Below are positions 1 to 7,324 of a stretch of DNA of 25,981 bases, piece after piece. Both the position numbers and the translations under genes were made by a program. The stretch's first letter is position 1. The number at the start of each line of letters is the position of its first letter. Under the pieces are notes generated by a model. The model was not told the DNA's origin. It did not search any database and saw only the letters and a list, made by a program, of their open reading frames with translations. Source of the DNA: Stenomitos sp. (GTDB taxonomy: Bacteria; Cyanobacteriota; Sericytochromatia; S15B-MN24; UBA4093); NCBI GenBank assembly GCA_036704085.1, contig DATNQJ010000601.1, positions 1 through 25,981 of the forward strand. Reading direction: 5' to 3'.

Positions 1-2
1 AG

Positions 3-2510
3 GGCGGCATCACCCTCAACACCCTGACGACGGCCCTCGCCCTCATCAGCGGCATGGGCTCGTCGGGCGTTCCGCCCGCGAGCCTCATGGGCACGGTCAA
101 CGGCTCCAGCCTGCTCAGCGCACCGCAGGGCTACAGCGTCCAGGACGTCACCCGGCTGGCAGCCTCCCTGCACGCATACCTGGCGGGCGATCTCGATCCG
201 GTGGCGGCCGTCTCCGGGCTGGTCCCCAGCATCACGGGAGTCCTGCCCGTCTCGGGCTCCGCGGGCACGGTGGTGATGATCAACGGCACGGGCTTCTCGC
301 CCCTGCCGGGGGACAACGTCGTGACCTTCGGGACCGCCACGGCCTCGGTCTACCTGGCGACCTCCAAGCAGCTCATCACCCTCGTCCCCCCGGGGGCGAG
401 CACCGGCAACCTGACGGTGACGACCGGCTCCAAGGTGAGCGCGGGCGTTCCCTTCACCGTGACCTCCCCCGCTCCGGGCGGCGGCAGCGGGGCCTTCTGG
501 CTCACCTCCGTCGCGCCCGACGCGGCCAGTCCGGGCGACACCCTCACGCTCAGCGGCGAGGGCTTCAGCCCCGTCCCCTCCGACAACACGGTCCTCTTCG
601 TGGGGGCCTCGACTGTCAGCGCAACCCCGACCTATGCCGACGCCCACACCCTGGTCGTCACCATCCCGCTCACGGCCACCAGCGGACCGGTCTCGGTGCA
701 GGTGGGGGGCTACACCAGCAACCGCTACTACCTCAATCTCTCCATGACGACCCTCGCGAGCTTCGCGCCGGCGTTCGGCTCGCAGAACGACACCCTCACG
801 CTGAACGGCCAGCGCTTCGGCATGCAGGGGCCCACCAGCGTGGTCAAGTTCAATGGCCTGGTCTCACAGGCCTCCATCGTCAGCTGGACCCCCCAGCAGA
901 TCGTGGCCAAGGTCCCCGGCCCCAACCTGCTCGCGCGGGTCTCGGGACCGATCACGGTGATCACGGATGCGGGGGCGGCCTCCCTGCCCTCGCCTACGAG
1001 CTTCACGGCGACGGCCTCTCTGAGCGAAGGGTTCACGGGCAGTGCCGGAGCGGGCACCACCGCCGCCTGGGGCGCCGGGGCGGTGAAGCCGAGCGCACCC
1101 GTCTCGACCTTCACGCAGACGGACTTCCGGAGCAACACCAACAACGGGGTCTACGCGACCGATACCTCGGTCATGCTGAACACCACCGCCTATACCGGAG
1201 TGTCGGGCTTCGTCCCGGCCTATAGCCCCACCTACGGGCAGCTGGGCGTCGACGGCAGCTACTTCTACCTCAACAAGGGCGACAGCACCAATCAGCTCTC
1301 CGTGGGCCGCTACTCGCTTTCGACGGGCGCGTTCGTCGACTCGGCGGCCCCTGGAAACAACGCACGGTCCGTCATCTGGGACCAGCAGAACAACTGCTAC
1401 CTGGCGGGCGACTACAGCGGCAACCGGTTCTTCAAGTTCGGAAGCTGGGGGAGCTTCACGCCCACGGCTGGCCCGGTCGCGGCGTCGACCTCGGTGAGCT
1501 ACATGGCGGCCAACGGCGCGGGCTACCTGACCGCGGCCCTCAACGGCCACATCAGCGAGACCTGCTACGACGACTGGTACGACGTGTACTACGACTGCTC
1601 GTACGATTCCTACGGCCCCCATGCCTGGACGAACGGGCTGGGGGATGGGGGGGCGCAGACCCCCAACACCGCCAGCTACGACTGGCGCACCGGGGCGGCC
1701 GGCTTCGTGGGGATGAACGAATACCTGCTCACTCCGGCCCCCTGGACGGGCACCATCACCGCGCTCGACCGCGTCAAGTCCGGCCAGCTCACGGCCAATG
1801 CCGTGGCCCTGCCCTTTGCCATCAGCGGGCCCGGGTATTCGAACGCCGGCTATTCCACCTACGGTCCCACCATCGGCTCGGATGGCACCTATCTCTATGT
1901 CCTCGGCAAGAACCCCGCGTTCAACGGTGGGGCGGTCACGCTCTTCAAGTTCAACTACGCAGCCGGCGCCACCAGCGTTTCTTTGGCCCCCTCCACCACG
2001 AGCGGCAGCACCGTCACGAACACCCTCCCGCTGCCGTCCGACGCCCTCTGGGAGTCCGTGACGTTCAACCGGACGGTTCCGGCCGGGACGACCTGCACCG
2101 TCGACGTGCTCGACAGCGCCGGCAACGTCCTCTTGAGCAACATCACGAGCGGGCAGAGCCTCGCGGGCCTCGCCGTGAGCGGCCTCAAGCTGCGTGCGAC
2201 GCTCACCACGACCACCTCGGACACGCCGTTCCTGTCCAACTGGACGGTCAACGTGCGCAAGCTCTACGCGGTCTCGCCCGCCTACAACAGCGGCACCAAC
2301 TTCCCGATCTACCAGACGCCCGCCGTCACGAGCACGGGTGCCCTGGGCAGCGATGTCACGGTGACCTACTCGGACAGCGCGGACGGCAGCACCTGGGGGC
2401 CGGACGTGGCGGACCTCTCGACCCTCACCCGACGCTACGTCCGCTTCAAGGTGATGTTCAAGACCTTGGGCAAGCAGATCACCCGGGTGGTCATCCCGTA
2501 CACCTACTAG
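3..2510 (+). CDS. Large IPT/TIG-domain surface protein, 5'-partial (at least 835 aa): three IPT/TIG repeats, a propeller-like insert and C-terminal beta-sandwich segments
   Basis: The frame is open from base 3 (GGITLNTLTTALALISGMGSSGVPPASLMGTV), so the ATG at 54 is internal. Three IPT-like repeats are present (PSITGVLPVSGSAGTVVMINGTGFS; LTSVAPDAASPGDTLTLSGEGFS; LASFAPAFGSQNDTLTLNGQRFG). The sequence is Ser/Thr/Gly-rich and stops at TAG 2508-2510. Confidence 0.85.
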   Translation, partial: GGITLNTLTTALALISGMGSSGVPPASLMGTVNGSSLLSAPQGYSVQDVTRLAASLHAYLAGDLDPVAAVSGLVPSITGVLPVSGSAGTVVMINGTGFSPLPGDNVVTFGTATASVYLATSKQLITLVPPGASTGNLTVTTGSKVSAGVPFTVTSPAPGGGSGAFWLTSVAPDAASPGDTLTLSGEGFSPVPSDNTVLFVGASTVSATPTYADAHTLVVTIPLTATSGPVSVQVGGYTSNRYYLNLSMTTLASFAPAFGSQNDTLTLNGQRFGMQGPTSVVKFNGLVSQASIVSWTPQQIVAKVPGPNLLARVSGPITVITDAGAASLPSPTSFTATASLSEGFTGSAGAGTTAAWGAGAVKPSAPVSTFTQTDFRSNTNNGVYATDTSVMLNTTAYTGVSGFVPAYSPTYGQLGVDGSYFYLNKGDSTNQLSVGRYSLSTGAFVDSAAPGNNARSVIWDQQNNCYLAGDYSGNRFFKFGSWGSFTPTAGPVAASTSVSYMAANGAGYLTAALNGHISETCYDDWYDVYYDCSYDSYGPHAWTNGLGDGGAQTPNTASYDWRTGAAGFVGMNEYLLTPAPWTGTITALDRVKSGQLTANAVALPFAISGPGYSNAGYSTYGPTIGSDGTYLYVLGKNPAFNGGAVTLFKFNYAAGATSVSLAPSTTSGSTVTNTLPLPSDALWESVTFNRTVPAGTTCTVDVLDSAGNVLLSNITSGQSLAGLAVSGLKLRATLTTTTSDTPFLSNWTVNVRKLYAVSPAYNSGTNFPIYQTPAVTSTGALGSDVTVTYSDSADGSTWGPDVADLSTLTRRYVRFKVMFKTLGKQITRVVIPYTY

Positions 2511-2518
2511 GAGGGCTC

Positions 2519-3469
2519 ATGCGGTACTCGACGCGAATCGTCCTGATGCTGGCCCTGGTGGGGTGCGGTCCGCTCCCCTCCGAGCGCGTGCCGGACCTGG
2601 TGGGCAGGGTGGACTTCGGGCCCCAGCGTTCCGCGCAAGCGACGCTCGGAGAGGTGGCGTCCTACGCCACGGTGTCGATCATCGACGCAGCCACCAGCCA
2701 GTCCGTGAGTACCGCCTTGACCGACTCCAGCGGCGCGTTCGTCTTCAGCTTCAATACCTGGAAACCGAGCACCACGGCGACCTACTACCTGGAGGCGATC
2801 AAGGGGCTGAAGAGCAACCAGGCCGGCAACGCGGCGGTCCGCCTGCGGACGATCGGCAAGTACGCGGACGGCGTCTGGCAGACGATCACCCGGGACACCG
2901 TCGTCATCTCCCGCTCGACCACGGCCCTTTCGCTCTTGGCCAGCCTCAAGGGCTTCAACGCCGTGCCCCCTCAAACCCTGCTTTCGACCGTGCAGTCCGG
3001 AGTGGCGGACCCGACCCTCACGCCCGCGACGCCCGACACCTTCAACCCGACGGGTACCGGTCTCACCAAGGCGCTTTACCAACAGGCCTTCAACAACGTG
3101 GACACGGTCATGGCGAGCGACCGGGATCCCATGGGCGAGATCGCCTTGTCGAGCGACGGGGGGACCGAGATCCCGTACCTGCTCAGCGTGGCGGCTCCCA
3201 CGGTCACCTACGTGGAGCCGTCCGCCGCCCCGGTGGGCGGATCCCTCACCGTCTACGGCTCCCACTTCTCCGAGTCCACGGACGGCAACCTCCTGACGTT
3301 TCCGGGCGGAGGCTCCGTCCATCCCACCACCGCCCAGCGCAACCGCCTGGTGCTGAGCGTTCCGGTCGGAGCGCAGAGCGGCCGGGTGCTGCTGCAGTCC
3401 ACGGGCGGGACCGCTTCCTTCGACGTGACGATCATTCCGGACATCGGCGGCCAGTACACCGGCAACTGA
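2519..3469 (+). CDS. Predicted lipoprotein with a C-terminal IPT/TIG domain; paralogue of the upstream gene
   Basis: AGGAGGG RBS overlaps the upstream stop. Lipobox-type signal MRYSTRIVLMLALVG-C. One IPT repeat (PTVTYVEPSAAPVGGSLTVYGSHFS). The segment VVISRSTTALSLLASLKGFNAVPPQTLLSTV aligns by eye with the upstream protein. Confidence 0.85.
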   Translation: MRYSTRIVLMLALVGCGPLPSERVPDLVGRVDFGPQRSAQATLGEVASYATVSIIDAATSQSVSTALTDSSGAFVFSFNTWKPSTTATYYLEAIKGLKSNQAGNAAVRLRTIGKYADGVWQTITRDTVVISRSTTALSLLASLKGFNAVPPQTLLSTVQSGVADPTLTPATPDTFNPTGTGLTKALYQQAFNNVDTVMASDRDPMGEIALSSDGGTEIPYLLSVAAPTVTYVEPSAAPVGGSLTVYGSHFSESTDGNLLTFPGGGSVHPTTAQRNRLVLSVPVGAQSGRVLLQSTGGTASFDVTIIPDIGGQYTGN

Positions 3470-3470
3470 A

Positions 3471-3524
3471 GGGGGTAGCCGGCGGCCGCAGGGTCGCGCC
3501 CCCCCCTCGCGCGGGCCTACCCCC
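3471..3524. repeat. Inverted repeat between convergent genes (possible terminator stem)
   Basis: GGGGGTAG (3471-3478) pairs with CTACCCCC (3517-3524) around a GC-rich interior. No U-tract. Confidence 0.4.
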
Positions 3525-4668
3525 GGCTCCCCGGCGCGATCGGGAGATGGAGGCGGAAGGTGGAGCCGACCTGCGGGTTGCTCGCCACCTCGATGCTGCC
3601 GCCAAGCCGCTGAAGGAGGGTCGCCACGTGGGCGAGGCCGATGCCGCTGCCCTCGACATCCGTCCCTTCCCGCGCCCCCTCTTGGAACAAGCGTTGCAGG
3701 AAGGCCGGGTCCATGCCCCGCCCCGTGTCGGAGACCTCGAGCACCGCCCACTCCCCGGTCTGCTCGAGGCGCACCTCGATGTGACCGCCCGGCGGCGTGT
3801 ACTTGTGGGCGTTGGAGAGAAGGTTGCTCGCCAGCGTGAGCAGATCCTGCTCGGTCGCGAGGACCTGGACGGGGCGATCCGGCATCAGCAGGCAGAAGGT
3901 CTGGCCGTCGCGCTCGAAGGCCCCCTGCCAGACGTGGGCCAGGTCGGACAGACATGACCGCCAGTCGTGGGAGACCAGGGCCACGATGCTCGGCGCCAGG
4001 TTGGAGCGCAGGCGCTGCCGCATGCGCACGCACTGCCGATCGATCAAGAGCAGGAGGCGCAGGGCATCGGGTGCCGCTTGCCGCTCGGCCAGCTCCTCGG
4101 CGGCGTAGGTGAGGGGCGTCAGGTCGTTGATGAGGTCGTGCGCAAGCTCCTTGAGGAGGCGCTCGCGTGCGGTCAGCTCGGCATGCAGACGCCGGAAAGC
4201 GGCTTCGCGGCGGCGCAAGAGGCCCTCCTGGTAGCGAAGCGCCTGCTCGCACTGGAGGATGCTGGCGCGGTCGAGCGCTCGCTGGGCCCGCTTGCGCAGG
4301 GCCTCGAAGCGCGTCCCCTCGGCGGGTGAGAAGGGGCGGCCAGGACGCCCGAGCACGATGTCGAAGATCGCCTCCTGAAAGCTGACCGTCCCGTGGGCGA
4401 CCACCGCCGGAGCCAGCTCGGGATGGAAAAGCGGGCGATCGCCCTCCCACGTGATGGGGCCGTCGGCGTAGCCCACCGGCGGCCGCCCCGCACTCGAAAG
4501 CGGAACGCTCGGCTCGCCGGGCAGGCGCAGGCACGTCCAGACGAAGTCGGCCTCGAACTGGTCACGAAGGACGGAAGTCGTGGTCTCGAGGAGCATGGGC
4601 ACGGGCTGGTCGGAGGAAGCGCTGGTGCGAAGGGGCTGCGAGCGACGATCGAGGGAGCTGGTCAGCAT
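3517..4668 (-). CDS. Cytoplasmic sensor histidine kinase (degenerate GAF-like N-terminus, coiled coil, HisKA, HATPase_c)
   Basis: H-box ELAHDLINDLTPL, N-box NLLSNAHKYTP, G1 DTGRGM, G2 GSGIGLA and C-terminal GSTFRLHLP. No hydrophobic transmembrane stretch is visible. Confidence 0.9.
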   Translation of the reverse strand: MLTSSLDRRSQPLRTSASSDQPVPMLLETTTSVLRDQFEADFVWTCLRLPGEPSVPLSSAGRPPVGYADGPITWEGDRPLFHPELAPAVVAHGTVSFQEAIFDIVLGRPGRPFSPAEGTRFEALRKRAQRALDRASILQCEQALRYQEGLLRRREAAFRRLHAELTARERLLKELAHDLINDLTPLTYAAEELAERQAAPDALRLLLLIDRQCVRMRQRLRSNLAPSIVALVSHDWRSCLSDLAHVWQGAFERDGQTFCLLMPDRPVQVLATEQDLLTLASNLLSNAHKYTPPGGHIEVRLEQTGEWAVLEVSDTGRGMDPAFLQRLFQEGAREGTDVEGSGIGLAHVATLLQRLGGSIEVASNPQVGSTFRLHLPIAPGSRG

Positions 4669-4706
4669 GGGACCTCGCCTTCGTTCAGCGGCATGGACCG
4701 CGGACA

Positions 4707-4740
4707 GGAAATATAACTTAACGCATAAACTTATATTTCC
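4707..4740. promoter_or_regulatory. Operator-like perfect 10-bp inverted repeat, or a 5'-UTR hairpin
   Basis: GGAAATATAA-N14-TTATATTTCC, immediately downstream of the predicted -10 of the kinase gene. Confidence 0.55.
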
Positions 4741-4743
4741 GTA

Positions 4744-4772
4744 ACACTACAACTTTATGACACATCTTTCAA
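4744..4772 (-). promoter_or_regulatory. sigma70-type promoter for the kinase gene
   Basis: Minus strand TTGAAA (4772-4767), 17-nt spacer, TG-extended TAGTGT (4749-4744), in a strongly AT-rich patch. Confidence 0.6.
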
Positions 4773-4861
4773 TAGGACGTTTTGAAATAATACCAGCAGC
4801 CTCAGATGGTCTGCCCGTCAGCCCTATCGCCGCCGGAGCCCCGGAAGACCCAAGTCGCACG

Positions 4862-4892
4862 AAAAAAGAGCCGCGGCCTTGGCCGCGGCTCT
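4862..4892 (-). terminator. Rho-independent terminator of the tkt-ndk transcript
   Basis: Stem AGAGCCGCGGCC/GGCCGCGGCTCT, followed on the minus strand by a T-run (plus-strand AAAAAA 4862-4867), 12 nt after the ndk stop. Confidence 0.85.
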
Positions 4893-4903
4893 CTGCTCGG
4901 AGC

Positions 4904-5353
4904 TTACTCGTAGATGTGCGCGTCGAGGGTGCGGTTCCAGGACACGAGCTCCTCGGGCTTGAAGAAGATGCCGAGCTCGCGCTGGGCGCTCTCGAGGCCA
5001 TCCGACCCGTGGATGATGTTGCGGCCGATGTCCACCGCGAAGTCGCCGCGGATGGTGCCAGGCGCCGACTGCGCGGGGTTGGTGGCCCCCATCATGGCGC
5101 GAGCCGTGGCGATCACGTTCTTGCCTTCCCAGGCCATGGCGACGATCGGGCCCGAGGTGATGAAGTTGACCAGACCGGCGAAGAAGGGCTTGCCCTGGTG
5201 CTCGCCGTAGTGGGTCTCGGCCTGCTCCTTGGTCACCTGCATGAGCTTGAGGCCCACGAGCTTGAAGCCCTTCGACTCGAAGCGGCGAACAATCTCGCCG
5301 ACCAGACCGCGCTGGACGCCGTCGGGCTTGACGGCCAAAAAGGTGCGTTCCAT
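4904..5353 (-). CDS. ndk: Nucleoside diphosphate kinase
   Basis: [29 protein letters not shown] and the active-site NIIHGSD motif; 149 aa. Confidence 0.98.
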   Translation of the reverse strand: MERTFLAVKPDGVQRGLVGEIVRRFESKGFKLVGLKLMQVTKEQAETHYGEHQGKPFFAGLVNFITSGPIVAMAWEGKNVIATARAMMGATNPAQSAPGTIRGDFAVDIGRNIIHGSDGLESAQRELGIFFKPEELVSWNRTLDAHIYE

Positions 5354-5390
5354 GTCTTGTGCGTCGTTCCTTTCTACGTGTGAGGAGTCA

Positions 5391-5422
5391 GCAAGACCAG
5401 GCCCCGCAGGGCCTGGTCTTGC
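5391..5422. repeat. Perfect 14-bp intergenic hairpin between transketolase and ndk
   Basis: GCAAGACCAGGCCC-CGCA-GGGCCTGGTCTTGC; no U-tract on either side. Confidence 0.7.
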
Positions 5423-5428
5423 GAGGTG

Positions 5429-6397
5429 TTAGCGCTTCTTGGCGATCGCCGACTTGGCCGCACGGGCCACGTCCGAGGCCAAGAGACCGTACTTCTTCAT
5501 GAGGGCGTCGGCCGTTCCCGACTCCCCATAGACGGCCTGGAGGCCGACCCGGACCATGGGCACCGGGTACTCCTCGCCGAGGACCTCCGCGACCGCTCCG
5601 CCGAGGCCGCCGATGACGTTGTGCTCCTCGGCGGTGACCACGGCGCCGGTCGCCTTGGCGACGCGCAGCAGGGTCTCCTTGTCGAGGGGCTTGATGGAGC
5701 TCATGTTGACGACCGTGGCGGAGATGCCCTCGGCCTCGAGCTCCTGGGCGGCCAGGATGGCCTGGTAGACCATCACGCCGCAGGCCACGATCGCCACGTC
5801 CGTGCCCTCGCAGAGCACCTCGGCGCGGCCGATCTTGAACTCCACGCCCTTTTCGCCGCGCGGCAGCACGGGCACGGCGGGGCGGCCCAGCCGGATGTAG
5901 ACCGGACCATTGTGCTCGGCGGCCGCCCGGATGATCGCCTCGGTTTCGGGGGCGTCCGCCGGGACGAGCACCGTCATGTAGGGGATCACGCGCGTGATGG
6001 CGAGGTCCTCGAGGATCTGGTGGGTCGCGCCGTCCTCGCCGAGGGTGATGCCCGCGTGGGTGGCGGCGATCTTGACGTTGAGGTTCATGTGGCCGACCGA
6101 GTTGCGGACCATCTCCCAGGCCTTGCCGGTGGCGAACATGGCGAAGCTGCTCGCGAAGGGCACCTTGCCCGCGAGGGCGAAGCCGCAGGCGGTGTCGACG
6201 AGGTTCTGCTCGGCGATGCCCATGTTGAAGAACCGCTCGGGGAACTGCTTGGCGAAGTACTGGGTCATGGTCGAGCACGCGAGGTCCGCGTCCAGCACGA
6301 CGATGTCCGACCGCTCGGCCCCCAGCTTGGCGAGGGTCTCGCCGTAGGCGGTGCGGGTCGCGATCTTGTCCTTGGTATTGACGACGGGGGCACCCAT
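5429..6397 (-). CDS. Transketolase C-terminal subunit (pyrimidine-binding and C-terminal domains), 322 aa
   Basis: Start re-called at ATG 6397, which overlaps the upstream TAA (TAATG coupling). Motifs ATRTAYGE, DADLACST, NMGIAEQN, GEDGATHQ and EEHNVIGGLG. Confidence 0.93.
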   Translation of the reverse strand: MGAPVVNTKDKIATRTAYGETLAKLGAERSDIVVLDADLACSTMTQYFAKQFPERFFNMGIAEQNLVDTACGFALAGKVPFASSFAMFATGKAWEMVRNSVGHMNLNVKIAATHAGITLGEDGATHQILEDLAITRVIPYMTVLVPADAPETEAIIRAAAEHNGPVYIRLGRPAVPVLPRGEKGVEFKIGRAEVLCEGTDVAIVACGVMVYQAILAAQELEAEGISATVVNMSSIKPLDKETLLRVAKATGAVVTAEEHNVIGGLGGAVAEVLGEEYPVPMVRVGLQAVYGESGTADALMKKYGLLASDVARAAKSAIAKKR

Positions 6398-7239
6398 TAC
6401 ATCAGCTCCTTCAGGGCGATCTCGGCCTCTTCCGGCGACGGCGCGGTACCGTGCCACTTCACGACGTTCTCCATGAAGGAGACGCCCTTGCCCTTGGTGG
6501 TGTTGGCGACGATGCAGGTGGGCTGGCCGATGGCCGGGGTCTCGTGGGCGGCCTTGAGGGCGCCCAGGATGGCCGCCATGTCGTGGCCGTCGATGACGAT
6601 CACGTTCCAGCCGAAGGAGCGGAACTTGTCGCCCACGTCGCCGAGGGCCATGACGTCCTCGGTGGAGCCGTCGATCTGCAGACGGTTGCGGTCGATGATG
6701 GCCGTCAGGTGGCCCGTCTTGTAGTGAGCCGCCGCCATGGCGGCTTCCCAGACTTCGCCTTCCTGGCACTCACCGTCGCCCAAGAGGGCGTAGACCCGGC
6801 TGTCGCTCTGGTCCAGACGCAGGGAGAGGGCCATGCCGTTGGCGATCGCAAGCCCGTGGCCCAGAGACCCCGTCGAGGCCTCGACGCCGGGCAGCTTGTG
6901 CATGTCAGGGTGGCCCTGCAGGCGGCTGTCGATGCGGCGCAGGGTCGAGAGCTCCGCCGGGTCGAAGTAGCCCGCCTCGGCGAGCACCGAGTAGAGAGCA
7001 GGCGCCCCGTGGCCCTTGGAGAGCACGAAGCGATCGCGCCCTGCCCAGTGGGGGTGTTGGGGATCGTGGCGCATGTGGCCGAAGTAGAGGGCCACGAGCA
7101 GATCCGCGCACGAGAGGCTCGTGCCGGGGTGACCGCTCTTGCCGTCACGCGTGCTCGTGATGATGTGGCGGCGCACCGCGCGGGCGCGCTCCATGAGGTC
7201 GGCGTGCGACGCCGGAGATTGGGCGATGATTTGCTCCAA
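6397..7239 (-). CDS. Transketolase N-terminal (ThDP-binding) subunit, about 280 aa
   Basis: SGHPGTSLS, RDRFVLSKGHGAPALY, LQGHP, TGSLGHG and the ThDP motif GDGECQEG...N. Likely start is TTG 7239, with AAGGAG 6 nt upstream (the track start at 7281 lacks an RBS). Confidence 0.93.
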   Translation of the reverse strand: MEQIIAQSPASHADLMERARAVRRHIITSTRDGKSGHPGTSLSCADLLVALYFGHMRHDPQHPHWAGRDRFVLSKGHGAPALYSVLAEAGYFDPAELSTLRRIDSRLQGHPDMHKLPGVEASTGSLGHGLAIANGMALSLRLDQSDSRVYALLGDGECQEGEVWEAAMAAAHYKTGHLTAIIDRNRLQIDGSTEDVMALGDVGDKFRSFGWNVIVIDGHDMAAILGALKAAHETPAIGQPTCIVANTTKGKGVSFMENVVKWHGTAPSPEEAEIALKELM

Positions 7240-7286
7240 TTTGCGCTCCTTGGGACTAGAGGGCAGCCAATTAGCCTTCAACCTGC

Positions 7287-7295
7287 ATCATATCA
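7287..7295 (-). promoter_or_regulatory. Extended -10 promoter for the transketolase-ndk operon
   Basis: Minus strand TGaTATGAT, about 48 nt upstream of the TTG start. Confidence 0.45.
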
Positions 7296-7324
7296 CACTC
7301 AAAGCGCCTCTCGAGACTGTTCCC

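Noticed and set aside
1017-2510. Possible diversity-generating retroelement target
   Set aside because: No reverse transcriptase, no template/variable repeat pair and no C-type lectin-like C-terminus in the window.
6398-6769. 124-aa N-terminal extension of the transketolase C-terminal subunit
   Set aside because: It overlaps the N-terminal subunit gene in another frame and is low-complexity. The TAATG junction at 6397 explains the start, and no slippery sequence suggesting a frameshift fusion was seen.
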